Below, piece after piece: positions 36,501 to 51,200 of a stretch of DNA of 64,000 bases. A program made the translations under genes and the position numbers. The stretch is from Eledone cirrhosa. Taxonomy: Eukaryota. Below the pieces are notes generated by a model. The model was not told the DNA's origin, did not search any database, and saw only the letters and a program-made list of their open reading frames with translations. The first letter of the stretch is position 1. The number at the start of each line of letters is the position of its first letter. The stretch covers positions 29,946,001-30,010,000 of the forward strand of contig OZ024744.1 of the NCBI GenBank assembly GCA_964016885.1, in the 5' to 3' direction.

Positions 36501-39500
36501 TTGTTGTTTTTGTTGATACTGTTGTTGCTGTTATTGTTGTTATTGTTGTTGTTTTTGTTGGTACTGTTGTTCTGTTATTGTTGATATTGTTGTTGTTTTT
36601 GTTGGTACTGTTGTTGCTGTTAATGTTGTTATTGTTGTTGTTTTTGTTGATACTGTTGTTGCTGTTATTATTTTTGTTGTTGTTTTTGTTGGTACTGTTG
36701 TTACTGTTATTGTTGTTATGGTTGTTGTTTTTGTTGGTACTGTTGTTACTGTTATTGTTGTTATTGTTGTTGTTTGTTGGTACTGTTGGTTAAGTAATTG
36801 TCGTTATTGTTGTTGTTTTTCTTGATACTGTTGTTGCTGGTATTGCTGTTATTGTTGTTGTTTTCGTTGGTACTGTTGTTGCTGTTATTGTTGTTATTGT
36901 TGTTTTTGTAGGTACTGTTGTTGCTGTTATTGTTGTTGTCGTTGTTGTTTTTGTTGGTACTGTTGTTGCTGTTATTGTTGTCATTGTTGTTGTTTTTGTT
37001 GGTACTGTTGTTACTGCTATTGTTGTTATTGATGTTGTTTTTGTTGGTACTGTTGTTGCTGGTATTGTTGTTATTGTTGTTGTTTTTGTTAGTACTGTTG
37101 TTGCTGTTATTGTTGTTGTTGTTGTTGTTGTTTGTGTTGGTACTGTTGTTGCTGTTATTGTTGTTATTGTTGTTGTTTTTATTGATACTGTTGTTGCTGG
37201 TATTGTTGTTGTTGTTTTTGTAGGTACTGTTGTAGCTGTTATTGTTGTTATTGTTGTTGTTTTTGTTTGTACTGTTGTTGCTGTTATTGTTGTTATTGTT
37301 GTTGTTTATGTTGGTTCTGTTGTTGCTGGTATTGTTGTTGTTGTTTTTGTTTTTGTTGATACTGTTGTTACTGTTGTTGCTGTTATTGTTGTAATTGTTG
37401 TTGATACTGTTGTTGTTGTTATTGTTGTTGTTGTTGTTTTTGTTGGTACTGTTGTTGCTATTATTGTTGTTATTGTTGTTGTTTTTGTTGATACTGTTGT
37501 TGCTGTTATTGTTGTTATTGTTGTTGTTTTTGTTGGTACTGTTGTTGCTGGTATTGTTGTTATTGTTGTTGTTTTTCTTGGTACTGTTGTTGATGTTATT
37601 GTTGTTATTGCTGTTGTTTTTGTTGGTACTGTTGTTACTGTTATTGTTGTTATTGTTGTTGTTTTTGTTGGTACTGTTGTTACTGTTATTGTTGTTGTTG
37701 TTGTTGTTTTTGTTGATACTGTTGTTGCGGTTATTGTTGTTATTGTTGTTGTTTTTGTCGGTACTGTTGTTGCTGTTATTGTTGTTTTTGTTGTTATTGT
37801 TGTTATTGTTGTTGTTTTTGTTGATACTGTTGTTGCTGTTATTGTTGTTATTGTTGTTGTTTTTGTTGGTACTGTTGTTGCTTGTATTGTTGTTATTGTT
37901 GTTGTTTTTGTGGGTACTGTTGTTGCTGTTATTATTTTTGTTGTTGTTTTTGTTGGTACTGTTGTTACTGTTATTGTTGTTGTTGTTTTTGTTGGTACTG
38001 TTGTTGTTGTTTTTGTTGTTATTGTTGTTATTGTGTTTTTTGTTGATACTGTTGTTGCTGTTATTGTTGTTGTTTTTGTTGATACTGTTGTTACTGTTGT
38101 TGCTGTTATTGTTGTAATTGTTGTTGATACTGTTGTTGTTGTTATTGTTGTTGTTGTTGTTTTTGTTGGTACTGTTGTTGCTATTATTGTTGTTATTGTT
38201 GTTGTTTTTGTTGATACTGTTGTTGCTGTTATTGTTGTTATTGTTGTTGTTTTTGTTGGTACTGTTGTTACTGTTATTGTTGTTATTGTTGTTGTTTTTG
38301 TTGGTACTGTTGTTACTGTTATTGTTGTTGTTGTTGTTGTTGTTGTTTTTGTTGATACTGTTGTTGCTGTTATTGTTATTGTTGTTGTTTTTGTCGGTAC
38401 TGTTGTTGCTGTTATTGTTGTTTTTGTTGTTATTGTTGTTATTGTTGTTGTTTTTGTTGATACTGTTGTTGCTGTTATTGTTGTTATTGTTGTTGTTTTT
38501 GTTGGTACTGTTGTTGCTTGTATTGTTGTTATTGTTGTTGTTTTTGTTGGTACTGTTGTTGCTGTTATTATTTTTGTTGTTGTTTTTGTTGGTACTGTTG
38601 TTACTGTTATTGTTGTTGTTGTTTTTGTTGGTACTGTTGTTGTTGTTTTTGTTGTTATTGTTGTTATTGTGTTTTTTGTTGATACTGTTGTTGCTGTTAT
38701 TGTTGTTATTGTTGTTGTTTTTGTTTGTACTGTTGTTGCTTGTATTGTTGTTTTTGTTGTTGTTTTTGTTGGTACTGTTGTTACTGTTATTGTTGTTATT
38801 GTTGTTGTTTTTGTTGGTACTGTTGTTACTGTTATTGTTGTCGTAGTTGTTGATTTTGTTGGTACTGTTGTTACTGTTATTGTTGTTATTGTTGTTGTTT
38901 GTTGGTACTCTTGGTTAAGTTATTGTCGTTATTGTTGTTGTTTTTCTTGATACTTTTGTTGCTGGTATTGTTGTTATTGTTGTTGTTTTCGTTGGTACTG
39001 TTGTTGCTGTTATTGTTGTCATTGTTGTTTTTGTAGGTACTGTTGTTGCTGTTTATGTTGTTGTTGTCGTTGTTGTTTTTGTTGGTACTGTTGTTGCTGT
39101 TATTGTTGTCATTGTTGTTGTTTTTGTTGGTACTGTTGTTACTGGTATTGTTGTTATTGTTGTTGTTTTTGTTGGTACTGTTGTTGCTGTTATTATTTTT
39201 GTTGTTGTTTTTGTTGGTACTGTTGTTGCTGGTATTGTTGTTATTGTTGTTGTTTTTGTTGGTACTGTTGTTGCTGTTATTGTTGTTATTGTTGTTGTTT
39301 TTGTTGATACTGTTGTTGCTGGTATTGTTGTTGCTGTTGTTTTTGTTGATACTCTTGTTACTGTTATTGTTGTTGTTTTTGTTGGTACTGTTGTTGCTGT
39401 TATTGTTGTTATTGTTGTTGTTTTTGTTGGTTCTGTTGTTCCTGTTATTGTTGTTATTGTTGTTATTGTTGTTGTTTGTGTTGGTACTGTTGTTGCTGTT

Positions 39501-42500
39501 ATTGTTGTTGTTTTTGTTGTTTTTGTTGATACTGTTGTTGCTGTTATTGTTGTTATTGTTGTTATTGTTGTTGTTTGTGTTGGTACTGTTGTTGCTGGTA
39601 TTGTTGTTATTGTTGTTATTGTTGTTGTTTGTGTTGGTACTGTTGTTGCTGGTATTGTTGTTATTGTTGTTGTTTTTGTTGTTACTTTTGTTACTGTTAT
39701 TGTTGTTGTTGTTGTTTTTGTTGGTACTGTTGTTACTGTTAACGTTGTTGCTATTGTTGTTTTTGTTGTTACTGTTGTTGCTGTTATTGTTGTTGTTGTT
39801 GTTGTTTTTGTTTGTAGTGATATTGCTGTTATTATTGTTATTGTTGTTGTTTTCGTTGGTACTGTTTTTGCGGGTATTGTTGTTATTGTTTTGTTTTTGT
39901 TGGTACTGTTGTTGCTGGTATAGTTGTTATTGTTGTTGTTTTTGTTGATACTGTTGTAGCTGTTATTGTTGTTGTTGTTGTTGTTTTAGTAGGTACTGTT
40001 GTTGCTGTTATTGTTGTTATTGCTGTTGTTTTTGTTGGTACTGTTGCTGTTGGTATTGTTGTTATTGTTGTTGTTTTTGTTGGTACTGTTTTTGCTGGTA
40101 TTATTGTTATTTTTGTTGTTTTTTGTTGGTACTGCTGTTGTTGCTTTTGTTGTTATTGTTGTTATTGTTGTTGTTTTTGTTGATACTGTTGTTGCGTTTA
40201 TCGTTGTCGTTGTTGTTGTTTTTGTTAGTACTGTTGTTACAGTTAATGTTGTCGTTGTTGTTGTTTTTGTTGATACTGGTATTGTTGTTATTGTTGTTGT
40301 TTTTGTTGGTACTGTTGTTGTTGTTATACTTGTTGTTGTTGTTGTTTTTGTTGATACTGTTGTTGCTGGTATTGTTGTTATTGTTGTTGTTTTTGCTGGT
40401 ACTGTTGTTGCTGGTATTGTTGTTGCTGTTGTTGTTTTTGTTGATACTGTTGTTACTGTTATTGTTGTTATTGTTGTCGTTTTTGTTGGTACTGTTGTTG
40501 CTGTTATTGTTGTTATTGCTGTTGTATTTGTTGGTACTGTTGTTACTGTTATTGTTGTTGTTGTTGTTGTTTTTGTTGATACTGTTGTTGCTGTTATTGT
40601 TGTTATTGTTGTTGTTTTTCTTGATACTGTTGTTGCTGGTATTGTTGTTATTGTTGTTGTTTTCGTTGCTACTGTTGTTGCTGTTATTGTTGTTATTGTG
40701 GTTTTTGTAGGTACTGTTGTTGCTGTTATTGTTGTTGTCGTTGTTGTTTTTGTTGGTACTGTTGTTGCTGTTATTGTTGTCATTGTTGTTGTTTTTGTTG
40801 GTACTGTTGTTACTGGTATTGTTGTTATTGTTGTTGTTCTTGTTGGTACTGTTGTTGCTGTTATTATTTTTGTTGTTGTTGTTTTTGTTGGTACTGTTGT
40901 TGCTGGTATTGTTGTTATTGTTGTTGTTTTTGTTGGTACTGCTGTTGCTGTTATTGTGGTTGCTATTGTTTTTATTGGTACTGTTGTTGCTGTTATTGTT
41001 GTTGTTGTTGTTGTTGTTTGTGTTGGTACTGTTGTTGCTGTTATTGTTGTTATTGTTGTTGTTTTTATTGATACTGTTGTTGCTGGTATTGTTGTTGTTG
41101 TTTTTGTTGGTACTGTTGTTGCTGTTATTGTTGTTATTTTTGTTGTTTTTGTTTGTACTGTTGTTGCTGTTATTGTTGTTATTGTTGTTGTTTATGTTGG
41201 TTCTGTTGTTGCTGGTATTGTTGTTGTTGTTTTTGTTTTTGTTGATACTGTTGTTACTGTTGTTGCTGTTATTGTTGTAATTGTTGTTGATACTGTTGTT
41301 GTTGTTATTGTTGTTGTTGTTTTTGTTGGTACTGTTGTTGCTATTATTGTTGTTATTGTTGTTGTTTTTGTTGATACTGTTGTTGCTGTTATTGTTGTTA
41401 TTGTTGTTGTTTTTGTCGGTACTGTTGTTGCTTGTATTGTTGTTATTGCTGTTGTTTTTGTCGGTACTGTTGTTGCTTGTATTGTTGTTATTGTTGTTGT
41501 TTTTGTTGGTACTGTTGTTGATGTTATTGTTGTTATTGCTGTTGTTTTTGTTGATACTGTTGTTGCTGTTATTGTTGTTATTATTGTTGTTTTTGTCGGT
41601 ACTGTTGTTGCTTGTATTGTTGTTATTGTTGTTGTTTTGTTGGTACTGTTGTTGCTGTTATTATTTTTGTTGTTGTTTTTGTTGGTACTGTTGTTACTGT
41701 TATGGTTGTTGTTGTTTTTGTTGGTACTGTTGTTGTTGTTTTTGTTGTTATTGTTGTTATTGTGTTTTTTGTTGATACTGTTGTTGCTGTTATTGTTGTT
41801 GTTTTTGTTGATACTGTTGTTGCTGTTATTGTTGTTGTTGTTGTTTTTGTTGGTACTGTTTTTGCAGTTATCGTTGTCGTTGTTGTTGTTTTTGTTAGTA
41901 CTGTTGTTACAGTTAATGTTGTCGTTGTTGTTGTTTTTGTTGATACTGGTATTGTTGTTATTGTTGTTGTTTTTGTTGGTACTGTTGTTGCTGTTATTGT
42001 TGTTGTTGTTGTTGTTTCTGTTGGCACTGTTGTTGTTGTTATTCTTGTTGTTGTTGTTGTTTTTGTTGATACTGTTGTTGCTGGTATTGTTGTTATTGTT
42101 GTTGTTTTTGTTGGTACTGTTGTTGCTGGTATTGTTGTTATTGTTGTTGTTTTTGTTGGTACTGTTGTTGCTGGTATTGTTGTTATTGTTGTTGTTTTTG
42201 TTGATACTGTTGTTACTGTTATTGTTGTCGTTGTTGTTGTTTTTGTTGATACTGTTGTTGCTGGTATTTTTTGTTGCTGTTGTTGTTGTTTTCGTTGGTA
42301 CTGTTGTTGCTGTTATTGTTGTTGTTGTTGTTGTTTGTGTTGGTACTGGTGTTACTGTTATTATTGTTATTGTTGTTGTTTTTATTGATACTGCTGTTAC
42401 TGTTGTTGCTGTTATTGTTGTTATTGTTGTTGTTTTTGTTGGTACTGTTGTTGCTGGCATTGTTGTTATTGTTGTTGTTTTTGTTGTTACTTTTGTTACT

Positions 42501-45500
42501 GTTATTGTTGTTGTTGTTGTTGTTTGTGTTGGTACTGTTGTTACTGTTATTGTTGTTGCTATTGTTGTTTTTGTTGTTACTGTTGTTGCTGTTATTGTTG
42601 TTGTTGTTGTTTGTAGTGATATTGCTGTTATTATTGTTATTGTTCTTGTTTTTGTTGGTACTGTTTTTGCGGGTATTGTTGTTATTGTTTTGTTTTTGTT
42701 GGTACTGTTGTTGCTGGTATAGTTGTTATTGTTGTTGTTTTTGTTGATACTGTTGTAGCTGTTATAGTTGTTGTTGTTGTTGCTTTAGTTGGTACTCTTG
42801 TTGCTGTTAATGTTGTTATTGCTGTTGTTTTTGTTGGTACTGTTGTTGCTGGTATTGTTGTTATTGTTGTTGTTTTTGTTGGTACTGTTTTTGCTGGTAT
42901 TGTTGTTATTTTTGTTGTTTTTGTTGGTACTGTTGTTGTTGTTTTTGTTGTTATTGTTGTTATTGTTGTTGTTTTTGTTGATACTGTTGTGCTGTTATTG
43001 TTGTTATTGTTGTTGTTTTTGTTGGTACTGTTGTTGCTGTTATTGTTGATATTGTTGTTGTTTTTATTGGTACTGTTGTTGCTGTTAATGTTGTTATTGT
43101 TGTTGTTATTGTTGATACTGTGGTTGCTGTTATTGTTGTTGTTGTTGTTTTTGTTGGTACTGTTGTTACTGTTATTGTTGTTATTGTTGTTGTTTTTGTT
43201 TGTACTGTTGTTGTTTGTATTGTTGTTATTGTTGTTGTTTTTGTTGGTACTGTTGTTGCTGTTATTGTTGATATTGTTGTTGTTTTTGTTGGTACTGTTG
43301 TTGCTGTTAATGTTGTTATTGTTGTTGTTTTTCTTGATACTGTGGTTGCTGTTATTGTTGTTATTGTTGTTTTTGTTGGTACTGTTGTTACTGTTATTGT
43401 TGTTATTGTTGTTGTGTTTGGTTGTACTGTTGTTGCTTGTATTGTTGTTATTGTTGTTGTTTTTGTTGGTACTGGTGTTACTGTTATTGTTGTAATCGTT
43501 GTTGTTTTTGTTGGTACTTTTGTTACTGTTATTGTTGTCGTAGTTGTTGTTTTTGTTGGTACTGTTGTTACTGTTATTGTTGTTATTGTTGTTGTTTGTT
43601 GGTACTGTTGGTTGAGTTATTGTCGTTATTGTTGTTGTTTTTCTTGATACTGTTGTTGCTGGTCTTGTTGTTATTGTTGTTGTTTTCGTTGCTACTGTTG
43701 TTGCTGTTATTGTTGTTATTGTTGTTTTTGTTGGTACTGTTGTTGCTGTTATTGTTGTCATTGTTGTTGTTTTTGTTGGTACTGTTGTTACTGGTATTGT
43801 TGTTATTGTTGTTGTTTTTGTTGGTACTGTTGTTGCTGTTATTATTTTTGTTGTTGTTGTTTTTGTTGGTACTGTTGTTACTGTTATTGTTGTTGTTGTT
43901 TTTGTTGGTACTATTGTTGTTGTTATTGTTGTTATTGTTGTTATTGTTATGTTTTTTTGTTGATACTGTTGTTGCTGTTATTGTTGTTATTGTTGTTGTA
44001 CTTGTTGGTACTGTTGTTACTGTTATTGTTGCTGTTGTTTTTGTTGGTACTGTTGTTGCTCTTAATGTTGTTATTGCTGTTGTTTTTGTTGATACTGTTG
44101 TTGCTGTTATTGTTGTTGTTGTTGTTTTTGTTGGTACTGTTGTTAATGTTATTTTTGTTATTGTTGTTGTTTTTGTTGGTACTGTTGTTGCTTGTATTGT
44201 TGTTATTGTTGTTGTTTTTGCTGGTACTGTTGTTGCGGTTATCGTTGTCGTTGTTGTTGTTTTTGTTAGTACTGTTGTTACAGTTAATGTTGTCGTTGTT
44301 GTTGTATTTGTTGATACTGGTATTGTTGTTATTGTTGTTGTTTTTGTTGGTACATTTGTTGCTGTTATTGTTGTTGTTGTTATTTTTGTTGATACTGTTG
44401 TTGCTGGTATTTTTTGTTGCTGTTGTTGTTGTTTTTGTTGGTACTGTTGTTGTTGTTATACTTGTTGTTGTTTCTGTTTTTGTTGATACTGTTGTTGCTG
44501 GTATTGTTGTTATTGTTGTTGTTTTTGTTGGTACTGTTGTTGCAGGTATTGTTGTTGCTGTTGTTGTTTTTGTTGATACTGTTGTTACTGTTATTGTTGT
44601 TATTGTTGTTGTTTTTGTTGGTACTGTTGTTGCTGTTATTGTTGTTATTGCTGTTGTTTTTGTTGGTACTGTTGTTACTGTTATTGTTGTTATTGTTGTT
44701 GTTTTTGTTGGTACTGTTGTTACTGTTATTGTTGTTGTTGTTGTTGTTGTTATTGTTGTTGTTTTTGTTGGTACTGTTGTTGCTGGTATTGTTGTTATTG
44801 TTGTTGTTTTTGTTGTTACTTTTGTTACTGTTATTGTTGTTGTTGTTGTTGTTTTTGTTGGTACTGTTGTTACTGTTATTATTGTTGCTATTGTTGTATT
44901 TGTTGTTACTGTTGTTGCTGTTATTGTTGTTGTTGTTGTTGTTTTTGTTGGTACTGATATTGCTGTTATTATTGTTATTGTTGTTGTTTTTGTTGGTACT
45001 GTTGTTGCGGGTATTGTTGTTGTTGTTGTTGTTTTTGTCGGTACTGTTGTTGCTGGTATAGTTGTTATTGTTGTTGTTTTTGTTGATACTGTTGTAGCTG
45101 TTATTGTTGTTGTTGTTGTTGTTTTTGTTGGTACTGTTATTGCTGTTATTGTTGTTATTGCTGTTGTATTTGTTGGTACTGTCGTTGCTGGTATTGTTGT
45201 TATTGTTGTTTTTTTTTGTTGGTACTGTTTTTGCTGGTATTGTTGTTATTTTTGGTGATTTTCTTGGTACTGTTGTTGTTTTTGTTGTTATTATTGTTAT
45301 TGTTGTTGTTTTTGTTGATACTGTTGTTGCTGTTATTGTTGTTATTGTTGTTGTTTTTGTTGGTACTGTTGTTGCTTGTATTGTTGTTATTGTTGTTGTT
45401 TTTGTTGGTACTGTTGTTGCTGTTATTATTTTTGTTGTTGTTGTTTTTGTTGGTACTGTTGTTACTGTTATTGTTGTTGTTGTTTTTGTTGGTACTGTTG

Positions 45501-48001
45501 TTGTTGTTTTTGTTGTTATTGTTGTTATTGTTGTGTTTTTTGTTGATACTGTTGTTGCTGTTATTGTTGTTGTTTTTGTTGATACTGTTGTTGCTGTTAT
45601 TGTTGTTGTTGTTGTTTTTGTTGGTACTGTTGTTACTGTTATTGTAGTTATTGTTGTTGTTTTTGTTGGTACTGTTGTTGCTTGTATTGTTGTTATTGTT
45701 GTTGTTTTTGCTGGTACTGTTTTTGCGGTTATCGTTGTCGTTGTTGTTGTTTTTGTTAGTACTGTTGTTACAGTTAATGTTGTCGTTGTTGTTGTTTTTG
45801 TTGATACTGGTATTGTTGTTATTGTTGTTGTTTTTCGTTGGTACTGTTGTTGCAGTTATTGTTGTTGTTGTTATTTTTGTTGATACTGTTGTTGCTGGTA
45901 TTTTTTGTTGCTGTTGTTGTTGTTTTTGTTGGCACTGTTGTTGTTGTTATTCTTGTTGTTGTTGTTGTTTTTGTTGATACTGTTGTTGCTGGTATTGTTG
46001 TTATTGTTGTTGTTTTTGTTGATACTGTTGTTACTGTTATTGTTGTCGTTGTTGTTGTTTTTGTTGATACTGTTGTTGCTGGTATTTTTTGTTGCTGTTG
46101 TTGTTGTTTTCGTTGGTACTGTTGTTGCTGTTATTGTTGTTGTTGTTGTTGTTTGTGTTGGTACTGGTGTTACTGTTATTGTTGTTTTTGTTGTTGTTTT
46201 GTTGGTACTGTTGTTGCTGTTATTGTTGTTATTGTTGTTGTTTTTGTTGATACTGTTGTTGCTGGTATTGTTGTTGCTGTTGTTGTTTTTATTGATACTG
46301 CTGTTACTGTTATTGTTGTTATTGTTGTTGTTTTTCTTGGTACTGTTGTTACTGTTATTGTTGTCGTTGTTGTTGTTTTTGTTGATACTGTTGTTGCTGG
46401 TATTTTTTGTTGCTGTTGTTGTTGTTTTCGTTGGTACTGTTGTTGCTGTTATTGTTGTTGTTGTTGTTGTTTGTGTTAGTACTGGTGTTACTGTTATTGT
46501 TGTTTTTGTTGTTATTTTGTTGGTACTGTTGTTGCTGTTATTGTTGTTGTTGTTTTTGTTTTTGTTGATACTGTTGTTACTGTTGTTGCTGTTATTGTTG
46601 TTGTTTTTGTTGGTACTGTTGTTGCTGTTATTGTTGTTGTTTTTGTTGGTACTGTTGTTGCTGTTATTGTTGTTGTTTTTGTTGGTACTGTTGTTGCTAG
46701 TATTGTCGTTGTTGTTTTTGTTTTTGTTGATACTGTTTTTACTGTTGTTGCTGTTATTGTTGTTGTTTTTGTTGGTACTGTTGTTGCTGTTATTGTTCTT
46801 ATTGTTGTTGTCTTTGTTGGTACTGTTGTTACTGTTATTGTTGTTGTTGTTGTTGTTTTTGTTGATACTGTTGTTGCTGTTATTGTTGTTATTGTTGTTA
46901 TTGTTGTTGTTTTTGTTGGTACTGTTGGTGCTGTTATTGTTGTTATTGTTGTTGTTTTTGTTGGTACTGTTGTTGCTGGCATTGTTGTTATTGTTGTTGT
47001 TTTTGTTGTTACTTTTGTTACTGTTATTGTTGTTGTTGTTGTTGTTTGTGTTGGTACTGTTGTTACTGTTATTTTTGTTGCTATTGTTGTTTTTGTTGTT
47101 ACTGTTGTTGCTGTTATTGTAGTTGTTGTTTTTGTTGTTTTTATTGGTACTGATATTGCCGTTATTGTTGTTATTGTTGTTGTTTTTGTTTGTACTGCTT
47201 TTGCGGGTATTGTTGTTATTGTTGTTGTTTTTGTTGGTACTGTTGTTGCTGTTATTGTTGTTATTGCTGTTGTTTTTGTTGGTACTGTTGTTACTGTTAT
47301 TGTTGTTATTGTTGTTGTTTGTTGGTACTGTTGGTTGAGTTATTGTCGTTATTGTTGTTGTTTTTCTTGATACTGTTGTTGCTGGTCTTGTTGTTATTGT
47401 TGTTGTTTTCGTTGGTACTGTTGTTGCTGGTATTGTTGTTGCTGTTGTTGTTTTTATTGATACTGCTGTTACTGTTATTGTTGTTATTGTTGTTGTTTTT
47501 GTTGGTACTGTTCTTACTGTTATTGTTGTCGTTGTTGTTGTTTTTGTTGATACTGTTGTTGCTGGTATTTTTTGTTGCTGTTGTTGTTGTTTCCGTTGGT
47601 ACTGTTGTTGCTGTTATTGTTGTTGTTGTTGTTGTTTGTGTTGGTACTGGTGTTACTGTTATTGTTGTTTTTGTTGTTGTTTTGTTGGTACTGTTGTTGC
47701 TGTTATTGTTGTTGTTGTTTTTGTTTTTGTTGATACTGTTGTTACTGTTGTTGCTGTTATTGTTGTTGTTTTTGTTGGTACTGTTGTTGCTGTTATTGTT
47801 GTTGTTTTTGTTGGTACTGTTGTTGCTGTTATTGTTGTTGTTTTTGTTGGTACTGTTGTTGTTGGTATTGTTGTTGCTGTTGTTGTTTTTGTTGATACCG
47901 TTGTTACTGTTATTGTTGTTATTGCTGTTGTTTTTGTTGGTACTGTTGTTACTGTTATTGTTGTTATTGTTGTTGTTTTTGTTGGTACTGTTGTTACTGT
48001 T

Positions 48002-48034
<33 letters not shown>

Positions 48035-48187
48035 GATACTGTTGTTGCTGTTAATGTTGTTATTGTTGTTGTTTTTGTTGGTACTGTTGTTGCTGTTATT
48101 GTTGTTATTGCTGTTGTTTTTGTTGGTACTGTTGTTACTGTTATTGTTGTTATTGTTGTTGTTTTTGTTGGTACTGTTGTTACTGTT

Positions 48188-48223
<36 letters not shown>

Positions 48224-51200
48224 GATACTGTTGTTGCTGTTATTGTTGTTATTGTTGTTATTGTTGTTGTTTTTGTTGGTACTGTTGTTGCTGGTATTGT
48301 TGTTATTGTTGTTGTTTTTGTTGTTACTTTTGTTACTGTTATTGTTGTTGTTGTTGTTGTTTTTGTTGGTACTGTTGTTACTGTTATTATTGTTGCTATT
48401 GTTGTATTTGTTGTTACTGTTGTTGCTGTTATTGTTGTTGTTGTTGTTGTTTTTGTTGGTACTGATATTGCTGTTATTATTGTTATTGTTGTTGTTTTTG
48501 TTGGTACTGTTGTTGCGGGTATTGTTGTTGTTGTTGTTGTTTTTGTTGGTACTGTTGTTGCTGGTATAGTTGTTATTGTTGTTGTTTTTGTTGATACTGT
48601 TGTTGCTGTTATTGTTGTTGTTGTTGTTGTTTTTGTTGGTACTGTTATTGCTGTTATTGTTGTTATTGCTGTTGTATTTGTTGGTACTGTCGTTGCTGGT
48701 ATTGTTGTTACTGTTGTTTTTTTTTTGTTGGTACTGTTTTTGCTGGTATTGTTGTTATTTTTGTTGATTTTCTTGGTACTGTTGTTGTTTTTGTTGATCT
48801 TGTTGTTATTGTTGTTGTTTTTGTTGATACTGTTGTTGCTGTTATTGTTGTTATTGTTGTTGTTTTTGTTGGTACTGTTGTTGCTTGTATTGTTGTTATT
48901 GTTGTTGTTTTTGTTGGTACTGTTGTTGCTGTTATTATTTTTGTTGTTGTTTATGTTGGTACTGTTGTTACTGTTATTGTTGTTGTTGTTTTTGTTGGTA
49001 CTGTTGTTGTTGTTTTTGTTGTTATTGTTGTTATTGTTGTGTTTTTTGTTGATACTGTTGTTGCTGTTATTGTTGTTTTTGTTGATACTCTTGTTGCTGT
49101 TATTGTTGTTGTTGTTGTTTTTGTTGGTACTGTTGTTACTGTTATTGTAGTTATTGTTGTTGTTTTTGTTGGTACTGTTGTTGCTTGTATTGTTGTTATT
49201 GTTGTTGTTTTTGCTGGTACTGTTTTTGCGGTTATCGTTGTCGTTGTTGTTGTTTTTGTTAGTACTCTTGTTACAGTTAATGTTGTCGTTGTTGTTGTTT
49301 TTGTTGATACTGGTATTGTTGTTATTGTTGTTGTTTTTGTTGGTACTGTTGTTGCTGTTATTGTTGTTGTTGTTATTTTTGTTGATTTTCTTGGTACTGT
49401 TGTTGTTTTTGTTGATCTTGTTGTTATTGTTGTTGTTTTTGTTGATACTGTTGTTGCTGTTATTGTTGTTATTGTTGTTGTTTTTGTTGGTACTGTTGTT
49501 GCTTGTATTGTTGTTATTGTTGTTGTTTTTGTTGGTACTGTTGTTGCTGTTATTATTTTTGTTGTTGTTTATGTTGGTACTGTTGTTACTGTTATTGTTG
49601 TTGTTGTTTTTGTTGGTACTGTTGTTGTTGTTTTTGTTGTTATTGTTGTTATTGTTGTGTTTTTTGTTGATACTGTTGTTGCTGTTATTGTTGTTTTTGT
49701 TGATACTCTTGTTGCTGTTATTGTTGTTGTTGTTGTTTTTGTTGGTACTGTTGTTACTGTTATTGTAGTTATTGTTGTTGTTTTTGTTGGTACTGTTGTT
49801 GCTTGTATTGTTGTTATTGTTGTTGTTTTTGCTGGTACTGTTTTTGCGGTTATCGTTGTCGTTGTTGTTGTTTTTGTTAGTACTCTTGTTACAGTTAATG
49901 TTGTCGTTGTTGTTGTTTTTGTTGATACTGGTATTGTTGTTATTGTTGTTGTTTTTGTTGGTACTGTTGTTGCTGTTATTGTTGTTGTTGTTATTTTTGT
50001 TGATACTGTTGTTGCTGGTATTTTTTGTTGCTGTTGTTGTTGTTTTTGTTGGCACTGTTGTTGTTGTTATTCTTGTTGTTGTTGTTGTTTTTGTTGATAC
50101 TGTTGTTGCTGGTATTGTTGTTATTGTTGTTGTTTTCGTTGGTACTGTTGTTGCTGGTATTGTTGTTATTGTTGTTGTTTTTGTTGATACTGTTGTTACT
50201 GTTATTGTTGTCGTTGTTGTTTTTGTTGATACTGTTGTTGCTGGTATTTTTTGTTGCTGTTGTTGTTGTTTTCGTTGGTACTGTTGTTGCTGTTATTGTT
50301 GTTGTTGTTGTTGTTTGTGTTGGTACTGGTGTTACTGTTATTGTTGTTTTTGTTGTTGTTTTGTTGGTACTGTTGTTGCTGTTATTGTTGTTATTGTTGT
50401 TGTTTTTGTTGATACTGTTGTTGCTGGTATTGTTGTTGCTGTTGTTGTTTTTATTGATACTGCTGTTACTGTTATTGTTGTTATTGTTGTTGTTTTTCTT
50501 GGTACTGTTGTTACTGTTATTGTTGTCGTTGTTGTTGTTTTTGTTGATACTGTTGTTGCTGGTATTTTTTGTTGCTGTTGTTGTTGTTTTCGTTGGTACT
50601 GTTGTTGCTGTTATTGTTGTTGTTGTTGTTGTTTGTGTTAGTACTGGTGTTACTGTTATTGTTGTTTTTGTTGTTATTTTGTTGGTACTGTTGTTGCTGT
50701 TATTGTTGTTGTTGTTTTTGTTTTTGTTGATACTGTTGTTACTGTTGTTGCTGTTATTGTTGTTGTTTTTGTTGGTACTGTTGTTGCTGTTATTGTTGTT
50801 GTTTTTGTTGGTACTGTTGTTGCTGTTATTGTTGTTGTTTTTGTTGGTACTGTTGTTGCTAGTATTGTCGTTGTTGTTTTTGTTTTTGTTGATACTGTTG
50901 TTACTGTTGTTGCTGTTATTGTTGTTGTTTTTGTTGGTACTGTTGTTGCTGTTATTGTTCTTATTGTTGTTGTCTTTGTTGGTACTGTTGTTACTGTTAT
51001 TGTTGTTGTTGTTGTTGTTTTTGTTGATACTGTTGTTGCTGTTATTGTTGTTATTGTTGTTATTGTTGTTGTTTTTGTTGGTACTGTTGGTGCTGTTATT
51101 GTTGTTATTGTTGTTGTTTTTGTTGGTACTGTTGTTGCTGGCATTGTTGTTATTGTTGTTGTTTTTGTTGTTACTTTTGTTACTGTTATTGTTGTTGTTG

